29,396 nucleotides of DNA from Acidimicrobiia bacterium (GTDB taxonomy: Bacteria; Actinomycetota; Acidimicrobiia; IMCC26256; PALSA-610), in assembly GCA_035516815.1 (NCBI GenBank), contig DATJAA010000287.1, positions 1 to 29,396 of the forward strand. Direction: 5' to 3'. Below the pieces are notes generated by a model. It had not been told where the DNA came from, made no database searches, and worked only from the letters and a program-made list of their open reading frames with translations. Positions within the stretch are counted from its first letter, which is position 1, and every line of letters starts with the position of its first letter. Of the stretch, positions 1 to 7,387 are shown one piece after another. The translations under genes were made by a program, and so were the position numbers.

Positions 1-279
1 GCCGAGCGCGACGAAGAACCAGTTCGGCAGCCGCGGAAAGGCGCCGAACGGGATGCGCGCGACGAGCAGCTCGACCGCGACGACCGCGGAAGCGACGCCG
101 AGCATGCGCCACGTCGGCGAAATCGAGACCATCAGTGCGAGTTCCGCGGCGATGAGCAGCTTGGTGCCCGCCCACAGCCGGTGAACGGGAGAGTCGCCGG
201 GTACGAGCCGGAGGAAGGTCAGCTCGGTCTCGCGGCGGGGGCGTCTGCGCTCGCGTGTGGTCATTGTCGCGGTGCTCAT
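1..279 (-). CDS. ecfT: ECF transporter transmembrane component T (EcfT/CbiQ family), 3'-truncated by window edge
   Basis: Manual translation from ATG at 279: MSTATMTTRERRRPRRETELTFLRLVPGDSPVHRLWAGTKLL..., with the typical EcfT N-terminal 'SPVHRL..TKL' pattern. The start overlaps the upstream ATPase stop (ATGA, 276-279). Not in the ORF track because it runs off the window. Confidence 0.85.
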   Translation of the reverse strand, partial: MSTATMTTRERRRPRRETELTFLRLVPGDSPVHRLWAGTKLLIAAELALMVSISPTWRMLGVASAVVAVELLVARIPFGAFPRLPNWFFVALG

Positions 280-2342
280 GGCTGAGCCTCCGGCACCGCG
301 TCCTCGAGAGGCTCGTCGCGCGCGATGCGCCCGGCCTCCAGCTCGACGACGCGGTCGACGAGCCCGGCGGGAAGGTCTCGGTCGTGCGACACGACGACGA
401 GCGCGATGTCGGCGCGCCGTCGCACCTCGGTGAGCACCGCGTCGAGCTCGGCGCGGCCGTCGGCATCGAGCCCGGCGAACGGCTCGTCGAGCACGATCGC
501 GCGCGGCCTCCCCGCCAAGACTCCCGCGAGCACGACGCGCCGCATCTGCCCGCCGCTCAGCTCGTCGACGCGTCGTCCGGCGAAGACCCACGGATCGAGA
601 CCGACGGCCGAAAGCGCGGTGCGGGCGTCGTTCTCGGTCGCGCCGGCGGCGCCGCGCACCTCGTCGATCACCGTCGGTCGGAGCAGCTGAAGGCGGGCGT
701 GCTGGAACGACAGGCCTACGCGACCGACCTGGCTCGTGATCGGCTGATCGTCGAGGCGTGCGAGCCCCTCGGTGGGTGCGATGAGCCCGGCGATGATCCA
801 CGCGAGCGTCGACTTGCCCGAACCGTTGTGGCCGACCACGACGATCGCCTCGCCGGACCGGATCGTGAGGTCCACGTCGGTCAGCGCGCGGTTCGCCCAG
901 GGGGTGTTGCGCGAGTAGACGTGTCCAACGCCGGCGAGCGTGATGATGGGTGCACCGATGGCCGCCGGCGCGCGGCGCGGCGCGTGCGTGCCGTCGTCGG
1001 TGCGCAGACGGGGCGTCGCGGTGACGACGCGACCTTCGGCGAGGGTGATCAGTCGATCGGCGACCGCCGCTTCGGCCGCCCGGTGGGTGACGTGCACGAC
1101 TCCCATGCCGTCGTCGCGCGCGAGATCGCGCAGGATGTCGACAAGGAGGGCGCGTCCGGCGGAATCCACCATTGCCGTCGACTCGTCGGAGATGAAGAGC
1201 CTGGGTTCGCGCGCGAGCGCAGCTGCGATCGCGAGGCGCTGGAGCTCGCCGCCCGACAGTGTCGACGTCTCTCGATCGGCGAGCGCGCGCATACCGACGC
1301 GGTCGAGCAGCACATCGACGTCGACGCGTTCCGGTGCGGACATCCCCCACACGACGTCGTCGCGCACGCGTACGCCGAGCACTTGTGCCTCGGGGCGCTG
1401 AAACACGATCGCGGTGCCTCCGCGGCGTCCGAGCCCGGCCGGACCGGGCCGCTCCACCGTGCCGGCGGTCGGGCGACGCCGTCCGGCCAGGACGCGTGCC
1501 AGCGTCGACTTGCCCGAGCCGTTGGCGCCGACGACACCGACGAGCTCGGCCTCGTTGATGTCGATGGTCACTCCCGCGAGCGCGTCGACGTCGGCGTTCG
1601 GATACCGGAAGCGAACGTCCTGCAGGCTGACGGGTAACGGTTGCGGCCGCGTGTCCGGGTCGGCGGCCGCCGCCGGCCCGTCTTCATCGACCACCGCGTC
1701 GCCGAACGCGCCGCGCACGCGCCGCAGTGCCGGCGTGGAAAGGCCCTGCGCGACCCAGATGCCGAGCCAGATGAGGAAGAAGAGCACGATCGGCACGCTG
1801 ATCCACCAGTCGCGCACCGTCCACGAGATCAGCCGGTCGCCGGAGTCGGCGACGCGGTCGAGGCCGATGTTGCGCATGAGATGGAACAGCCCGTTCCATC
1901 CGTTGCGGATCTGGTCGAGCGCGAGCTCACGCAGATTCGAGAACACGAAGAGCGCGAGATCGGTGATGACGGCGGCGACCGGCCATATCACGGAGAGCCC
2001 GACGAACATCGTGCGGCGGCGGCTCCAGTTCCGCCGGTCGCCCGCGCCGACGAGCGCACCGAGCGCAGCGCACGCGCCCATCGAGGTGAACGCCGCGCTC
2101 CCGATCACCAGGAAGCCCACGACGGAAGCCGCGAGCGCGCCGACCATTACCGCGCGCAGCCGGTGCCGAGCTGCCACGACCGAGAGTGGAACGACCGCGG
2201 CGGCGAGCAGGGCGCCGCCGAACGGGACCACCTGGCCCACGACCGTGAGCGCGAGCGACACGTCGGCGAGCACGACGGCCTCGGCGAGCTCACCCGGTGT
2301 GAGGCGGCCGTGCCTCACGGGTGTCGCTCGCGGCCGTCGCAT
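276..2342 (-). CDS. ECF-type ABC transporter: N-terminal multi-TM domain fused to two ATPase domains (Rv2326c-like)
   Basis: 688 aa. About 210 aa hydrophobic N-terminus, then two NBDs: Walker A GANGSGKS and GHNGSGKS, signatures LSGGELQR and LSGGQMRR, Walker B FISDE and VLDEP, H-loops. Coupled to ecfT. Alternative start GTG at 2318. Confidence 0.9.
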   Translation of the reverse strand: MRRPRATPVRHGRLTPGELAEAVVLADVSLALTVVGQVVPFGGALLAAAVVPLSVVAARHRLRAVMVGALAASVVGFLVIGSAAFTSMGACAALGALVGAGDRRNWSRRRTMFVGLSVIWPVAAVITDLALFVFSNLRELALDQIRNGWNGLFHLMRNIGLDRVADSGDRLISWTVRDWWISVPIVLFFLIWLGIWVAQGLSTPALRRVRGAFGDAVVDEDGPAAAADPDTRPQPLPVSLQDVRFRYPNADVDALAGVTIDINEAELVGVVGANGSGKSTLARVLAGRRRPTAGTVERPGPAGLGRRGGTAIVFQRPEAQVLGVRVRDDVVWGMSAPERVDVDVLLDRVGMRALADRETSTLSGGELQRLAIAAALAREPRLFISDESTAMVDSAGRALLVDILRDLARDDGMGVVHVTHRAAEAAVADRLITLAEGRVVTATPRLRTDDGTHAPRRAPAAIGAPIITLAGVGHVYSRNTPWANRALTDVDLTIRSGEAIVVVGHNGSGKSTLAWIIAGLIAPTEGLARLDDQPITSQVGRVGLSFQHARLQLLRPTVIDEVRGAAGATENDARTALSAVGLDPWVFAGRRVDELSGGQMRRVVLAGVLAGRPRAIVLDEPFAGLDADGRAELDAVLTEVRRRADIALVVVSHDRDLPAGLVDRVVELEAGRIARDEPLEDAVPEAQP

Positions 2343-2370
2343 CCCGACAGGTTCGCGTACTCGGGATGCT

Positions 2371-2404
2371 CTTCCGTCCCGCCCCCACTCGGGCGGGACG
2401 GAAG
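2371..2404 (-). terminator. GC-rich stem-loop downstream of htrA (probable terminator or attenuator)
   Basis: Perfect 14-bp inverted repeat cttccgtcccgccc (2371-2384) / gggcgggacggaag (2391-2404) with a 6-nt loop. No U-tract, which is common in Actinomycetota. Confidence 0.55.
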
Positions 2405-2458
2405 GAGCTGATCTGGCTCGCGACCAGGCACTTCGGGCGCGGCCCAGACCCGAACTCG

Positions 2459-4138
2459 CTAGAGCGGCGGCCCGACGACGAGCTTGACGGCGGCGCTGTG
2501 CGTCCCGCCCGACGAGTCGGACCAGCCGACCTGGACCGTGTCACCCGCGTGGAAGTTGGCCAGCGCCGTGCGCAGCGAAGCCGAATCGGTGACCGACTTC
2601 CCGTCGATCGAGGTGATCACATCGCCATCGGCGATGCCCTGAGCGCTCGCGCCCGTGTTGTTCTCGACACCGACTACCAACGCTCCCGACGCGGACTGGC
2701 CCGAGGCGTCCTGAACCTGCACTCCGAGCAGCCCACGGTCGCCGATGAACACCTTGTCGCTCCCGTGGTTCGAGCGGATCTGGGTCACGATGTTCACGGC
2801 GTTGTCGATCGGGATCGCGAACCCGACGTCCGAGCCTTGCGAGAAGCTGCCGCCGCCGGCGGCCGCCGTGTTCATCCCGATCACGTGACCGTTGGCGTCG
2901 ATGAGCGCGCCGCCGGAGTCGCCGGGCTCGATCGGCGCGTTGATCTGGATCATTCCTTCCAGAGTTTCCTGATCGCCACCCGGATCACCGGCGGTCACCT
3001 GTTGATCGAGGGCGGTGATCTGGCCCTGCGATGCCTGCGGCGTTCCGCCGCGTCCGCCGGCGTTGCCGATGGCGACGACCGGATCGCCGACCTGCAGCGC
3101 GGAAGGATCGCCGAACGTGACCGTCGGGAGGTTGGAGACGTTGTCGGTGATCTGTACCAGCGCAACGTCCTCGGTCACGTCGTAGCCGACGACCTTCGCG
3201 TTGTGGCCGGTGCTGCTGCCGCCGATGAAGACCTGGATGGTCTTCGCTCCGGCGATGACATGGTTGTTGGTCAGGACCTCGCCCGTCGAGGAGATCAGCA
3301 TCCCGGTTCCGGCGGCGCGACCGCCGTCGATCGTCGTGTCGATGTTGACGAGCGCGGGATCGACCTTCGATGCGATCGACGCCGTGTTGAGCGTGCCCGA
3401 TCCGGACGGGACGGTGTTACCCGTGCCGTTGTTGCCGGTGCCGTTGTTACCGGTGCCATTGCCGAGACCGCTGCTGCCGTTGCCGTTGTTGCCGAATCCG
3501 TTGCTCCCGCTGTTGGGGAATCCACCGAATCCGTTGCCGTTGTCGGACGGCGCGCTTCCGGCACTGAAGGTGCTCGTGTTCGTGTTGTCGTGCACCGCCA
3601 CGGCGACACCTGCGCCGACGCCGGCCGACGCGAGGACGAGCGCGAGCGCGGCAACGAACGCCAGCGCGCGCCGGCGCTTCGGCGGCGCCGGTTCGCTCGG
3701 CGCGGTGACTGCGCCGGCGGGTGGAACGGGCGGCCAGCCTGCGGGCGCGGCGCTTCCCCATGTCGGCGGTGGGCCCCACGCGCCGCCGGTCGCGCCGGGG
3801 TCGGGCGCGTAGGGGTTCGTCGCGTACGGGTTCGGGGTGTACGGGCCGGAGGGCGACGCGCCGGGGGCCGGGATCGGCTCGAACGCGACCGGGGGATACG
3901 GGTGCGTGGGCGGGTTGGTCGCCGGGTTCGGCTGGGTCGGCGGCCAGGCGACCGTCGCGTTCTCGGCCGTGACCTCGCTCCCGGCGTCGGATGCCGCGGC
4001 TGGTTCGGGCGTCTCCGGCGTCGCCGGCCAGGTGTACTGCGGCCAGCTGTGCTCGGAAGCTGCAGGGGGAGTCGCCGGGGGAGTCGCGGCGGTGGGCTCG
4101 CCGTCGGCGGCGTTCCAGTTCTGATCCGATTCACTCAT
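2459..4138 (-). CDS. htrA: Membrane-anchored HtrA/PepD-like serine protease (S1C trypsin domain + PDZ)
   Basis: Catalytic motifs TNNHV, EDVA and GDSGG, followed by a C-terminal PDZ domain (GLLGVQV...GDVITSIDG). Pro-rich cytoplasmic N-terminus and one TM helix after KRRR. Start placed at ATG 4138 (MSESDQNW; GAGG upstream) rather than 4189. Confidence 0.93.
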   Translation of the reverse strand: MSESDQNWNAADGEPTAATPPATPPAASEHSWPQYTWPATPETPEPAAASDAGSEVTAENATVAWPPTQPNPATNPPTHPYPPVAFEPIPAPGASPSGPYTPNPYATNPYAPDPGATGGAWGPPPTWGSAAPAGWPPVPPAGAVTAPSEPAPPKRRRALAFVAALALVLASAGVGAGVAVAVHDNTNTSTFSAGSAPSDNGNGFGGFPNSGSNGFGNNGNGSSGLGNGTGNNGTGNNGTGNTVPSGSGTLNTASIASKVDPALVNIDTTIDGGRAAGTGMLISSTGEVLTNNHVIAGAKTIQVFIGGSSTGHNAKVVGYDVTEDVALVQITDNVSNLPTVTFGDPSALQVGDPVVAIGNAGGRGGTPQASQGQITALDQQVTAGDPGGDQETLEGMIQINAPIEPGDSGGALIDANGHVIGMNTAAAGGGSFSQGSDVGFAIPIDNAVNIVTQIRSNHGSDKVFIGDRGLLGVQVQDASGQSASGALVVGVENNTGASAQGIADGDVITSIDGKSVTDSASLRTALANFHAGDTVQVGWSDSSGGTHSAAVKLVVGPPL

Positions 4139-4207
4139 CGGTGCGTGCCTCGAGTTCGTGATTCGCGCCCGGGGGTGGCGCGCCTGCACGGATAATGGCC
4201 GGTCGTG

Positions 4208-4225
4208 ATGAGAGCCTGCTGTGAG
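4208..4225 (-). promoter_or_regulatory. Candidate OmpR-family (MprA-like) direct-repeat box upstream of htrA
   Basis: Minus strand CTCACAG-cagg-CTCTCAT, an 11-bp period that resembles MprA tandem-hexamer boxes. It straddles the -35 position of a putative -10 element CATTAT (4192-4197). Confidence 0.4.
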
Positions 4226-4236
4226 GTTCCTGGACG

Positions 4237-4262
4237 ATGCGTCACAACATGCGTCACAACAT
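4237..4262. repeat. Perfect 12-bp tandem repeat (atgcgtcacaac x2 + at)
   Basis: atgcgtcacaac at 4237-4248 and 4249-4260, read directly from the sequence. Confidence 0.85.
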
Positions 4263-4351
4263 CAGGGTCTCGCCGTACCGGCGCGTGACTCGAGGTTAGA
4301 GGCTGTCGCGGCTGCTCCGGTCCCGGCGAGCAGCGGCGGCCGCGTCGCCCA

Positions 4352-5005
4352 TTACGACCAAAGCGGTTCCGGCACCTCGAAACCGACCGGGTCGCCCCAA
4401 CGGTTGCGAAACGAGACCTCGTGCACGGGCCGGCGCGGGGCAACGCCCCATTTCCCGGTCGGGTAGCCGAAGGTGACGCACGACGAGAACAGCCAGCCAT
4501 CCTGCTTGGGGACGCCGAGAATCTCGAGCACCTTGTCGACCTGGAACATGAAGACGCTCGTGAGCGACGAGCCGACTCCCTCGGCACGCGCCGCGAGCAT
4601 CGCCGACCAGGTCGACGGGAAGATCGAGCCACCCGTCGGATCGAACTGCACGAAGCTGAACAAGATCAGCGGGTACTCCTCGAAGTGATCGGCAAGGTGT
4701 TGCGCCGACCGCTGGATGCGGAGGAGCTCCGCGCTTTCGGGATCCTCCGGGTTCGCGTTCGCCGCGTCGAGACGATCCTTGTAGATGGTGACCCACAGCT
4801 GTGCGAGACACTCGCGATAGATCGGTCCGAGCTGCGCCTTGATCCCGGCGTCGTCGACCAGCATGAAGCGCCAGTTCTGCGTGTTGCCGCCGCTGGGCGC
4901 CCGTACCGCTGCGTCGAGGATGCGTCGCTGCACGTCGATCGGAATCGGATCGGGTTTGCAACGGCGCATCGCGCGCGTCGTGTACAGCGCTTCGTAAACG
5001 TCCAT
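4352..5005 (-). CDS. Nitroreductase family protein
   Basis: MDVYEALYTTRAMRR...APSGGNTQNWRF: the FMN-binding RxxxR pattern and APSxxNxQxWxF motif. ATG 5005 with GGAG upstream. 217 aa. Confidence 0.9.
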   Translation of the reverse strand: MDVYEALYTTRAMRRCKPDPIPIDVQRRILDAAVRAPSGGNTQNWRFMLVDDAGIKAQLGPIYRECLAQLWVTIYKDRLDAANANPEDPESAELLRIQRSAQHLADHFEEYPLILFSFVQFDPTGGSIFPSTWSAMLAARAEGVGSSLTSVFMFQVDKVLEILGVPKQDGWLFSSCVTFGYPTGKWGVAPRRPVHEVSFRNRWGDPVGFEVPEPLWS

Positions 5006-5028
5006 GGATCGCTCCGTCGTTCGGTGTG

Positions 5029-5997
5029 CTACCAGGCGTAGGCCTCGGGCGCGCGACCGCCCGGGCCCGGGAAGATCTCGTCGAGCGTCGAGAGGGTCGA
5101 CTCGTCGAGGGTGAGCTCGACGGCGCGCAGCGAGGCGCCCTCCAGCTGTGCCATCGTGCGTGGGCCGATGATCGGAGCGGTGACCTCGTGTTGGTGCAGC
5201 AACCACGCGAGCGCGACCGCCGCCGGTTCCTCGCCCAGCTCGGCGCAAAACTTCTCCCATCGTTCGAGTTGGGGCCGGATGCGTTCGTAGCGCGGTTGGA
5301 CGGACTTACGGCGCGCGGTGTCGCCACTGGTGACCATCCCGCCGAGCATCCCGCCCGCGAGCGGGCTCCACGGGATAACTCCGAGGCCGTAGAAGCGGCA
5401 AGCCGGGAGCACCTCGAGCTCGATGGTGCGCGAGGCGAGGTTGTACAGGCTCTGCTCGCTCACCAGGCCGAGGAAGTTGCGCGACTTCGCGGCTTCGTTG
5501 GCCTGCGCGATGTGCCAGCCCGCAAAGTTGCTGCTCCCGACGTAGAGCACCTTGCCCTGCTGAACGAGCGTCTCCATCGCCTGCCAAACCTCGTCCCATG
5601 GCGCGCTGCGATCGATGTGGTGCATCTGGTAGAGATCGATGTGGTCGGTCTGCAGGCGGCGAAGACTCTCTTCACACGCGGAGCGGATGTTGCGGGCGGA
5701 CAGCCCGCCGTCGTTCGGCCAATCCGTCATCGGGCCGAAGACCTTGGTCGCGAGCACGACCTTCTCGCGGCGGCCACCGCCCTGTGCGAACCAGTTGCCG
5801 ATGATCGTCTCCGTGGCTCCGGGCGTCTTCGGTCCGCCGTAGCGGTTCGCGGTATCGAAGAAGTTGATGCCGTGTGCCAGCGCGCGGTCCATGATCGCGA
5901 AGGCGTCGGGCTCGCTCGTGAGTGGCCCGAAGTTCATCGTTCCGAGGCAGACCGGGCTCACTCGCAAGGCAGTGCGTCCGAGACGTCGATATTCCAT
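5029..5997 (-). CDS. Aldo/keto reductase
   Basis: MEYRRLGRTALRVSPVCLGTMNFG. Catalytic tetrad in FDTANRY, LATKV and YQMHH, plus WSPLAGG. AGGAGG RBS (6005-6010) before ATG 5997. 322 aa. Only 23 bp from the nitroreductase, so probably one operon. Confidence 0.95.
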   Translation of the reverse strand: MEYRRLGRTALRVSPVCLGTMNFGPLTSEPDAFAIMDRALAHGINFFDTANRYGGPKTPGATETIIGNWFAQGGGRREKVVLATKVFGPMTDWPNDGGLSARNIRSACEESLRRLQTDHIDLYQMHHIDRSAPWDEVWQAMETLVQQGKVLYVGSSNFAGWHIAQANEAAKSRNFLGLVSEQSLYNLASRTIELEVLPACRFYGLGVIPWSPLAGGMLGGMVTSGDTARRKSVQPRYERIRPQLERWEKFCAELGEEPAAVALAWLLHQHEVTAPIIGPRTMAQLEGASLRAVELTLDESTLSTLDEIFPGPGGRAPEAYAW

Positions 5998-6110
5998 TTC
6001 GAGTCCTCCTGCTTGTGGAGTCGGCCGGACCGAGCCGAAGTTACCCATCCACGGGTGGCCGGCACCACCGCGGTTTGCGGCGGCCGGAGCCGTGAAGTCA
6101 GTCTCTTCCG

Positions 6111-7265
6111 GTGAGGAACCTGGTCGTACGGTTCGTTTGCGTCGCGGCGACGGCGGTACTCGTCGGGTGCTCGTCGTCGTCCTCGTCGTCCCACGCGCCG
6201 ACAACCGCGGCTTCGAGCGCGGCGCCGATTACCACCGGCATGGCGGTGTCATCGGGTCCGCACTCGATCGGTCACGTCTTCGTGATCAATCTCGAGAACG
6301 AGGATTACGAGTCGACGTGGGGCGCAGGCTCGCCGGCGCGCTATCTGAACACGGTGCTCGTGCCGAAAGGCGAGCTCCTCACGCAGTACTTCGCCGTCGG
6401 GCACGAGAGCCTCGACAACTACATCGCCGAGATCAGCGGTCAGTCGCCCAACCCCTCGACGCAAGCCGACTGCGTGAAATACGTCGACTTCGCGTCGAAG
6501 GGCGTCGGCGCGAACGGCCAGGCCCTCGGGCAGGGCTGCGTGTACCCGAAGTCTGTGAGCACGATCGCCGACCAGTTGAGCCGCGCGGGAAAGACGTGGC
6601 GCGCGTACCAGGAGGACATGGGCACCCCGTGCCGCCATCCCGCGCTCGGCGGCATCGACACGACGATCGTCGCGAAGCCCGGAGACATGTACGCGACTCG
6701 GCACGATCCCTTCGTGTATTTCCATTCGATCATCGACTCACCGTCGTGCACGCGGGACGTCGTCGACTTCCGGCATCTCGCGACCGATCTGCGCTCGGTC
6801 GCGGCGACACCGAACCTGGTGTTCATCACGCCGAACGTGTGCCACGACGGGCACGACTCGCCGTGCGTCGATGGGCAACCGGGCGGCCTCGTCTCAGCCG
6901 ACCGTTTCCTCGCGGCCGAGGTTCCGAAGATCCTCGCGTCGCCCGCGTACAAGGCCGACGGCCTGCTCGTGATCACGCTCGATGAGGCCGCCACCTCCGA
7001 TACCACGGCGTGTTGCCATACGCCACCCGCGCCGAACACGGCCCGTCCCGGACTGAACGGACCGGGCGGCGGCCGGATCGGCACGCTGCTGCTGTCGCGC
7101 CGCGTCAAAGCCGGGACGACGGACGCGACGCCCTACAACCATTACGCCCTGCTGTGCAGCATCGAGGACATCTTCGGGCTTGCGCACCTCGGCATGGCCG
7201 GGGCCCCCGGTCTCACCTGCTTCGGCAAGGACGTCTACGGGGCGTCCGCCGGGGGCGCGCCGTAG
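6111..7265 (+). CDS. Secreted phosphoesterase / acid phosphatase (phosphoesterase family, SapM-like), predicted lipoprotein
   Basis: Signal peptide with lipobox LVGC and a poly-Ser linker. Family motifs VFVINLENEDY, HESLDNYIA, RHDPF, HDGHD, ITLDE and YNHYALL. Confidence 0.85.
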   Translation: MRNLVVRFVCVAATAVLVGCSSSSSSSHAPTTAASSAAPITTGMAVSSGPHSIGHVFVINLENEDYESTWGAGSPARYLNTVLVPKGELLTQYFAVGHESLDNYIAEISGQSPNPSTQADCVKYVDFASKGVGANGQALGQGCVYPKSVSTIADQLSRAGKTWRAYQEDMGTPCRHPALGGIDTTIVAKPGDMYATRHDPFVYFHSIIDSPSCTRDVVDFRHLATDLRSVAATPNLVFITPNVCHDGHDSPCVDGQPGGLVSADRFLAAEVPKILASPAYKADGLLVITLDEAATSDTTACCHTPPAPNTARPGLNGPGGGRIGTLLLSRRVKAGTTDATPYNHYALLCSIEDIFGLAHLGMAGAPGLTCFGKDVYGASAGGAP

Positions 7266-7272
7266 CGGGCGG

Positions 7273-7305
7273 CCCCGCCGGGAGCGTTCGCTCCGGGTGA
7301 CGGGG
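7273..7305 (+). terminator. Possible stem-loop after the phosphoesterase gene
   Basis: Outer stem ccccg/cgggg enclosing inner stem ggagc-gttc-gctcc, 8 nt after the stop codon. Imperfect, no U-tract. Confidence 0.3.
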
Positions 7306-7387
7306 AGCGGCTTCACCCTTCGCGGGCGATGTCCAATCGGTGGGCCGTCGCCGTATCGTTTCGCCGACCGACTCGAGAGGCCAGTCC

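Noticed and set aside
255-1637. 460-aa plus-strand ORF, and similar long ORFs such as 2321-4195 (+), 5026-6114 (+), 8425-10104 (+), 19351-20826 (+) and 22777-24735 (-)
   Set aside because: They lie antisense to or in alternative frames of well-supported genes, have Arg/Ala/Gly-rich translations without family motifs, and are the shadow ORFs expected in high-GC DNA.
2343-2458. Known riboswitch (cobalamin, TPP, FMN, etc.) ahead of the ECF genes
   Set aside because: The region is only about 115 nt and I find no conserved core of those families. The hairpins are reported separately without a ligand claim.
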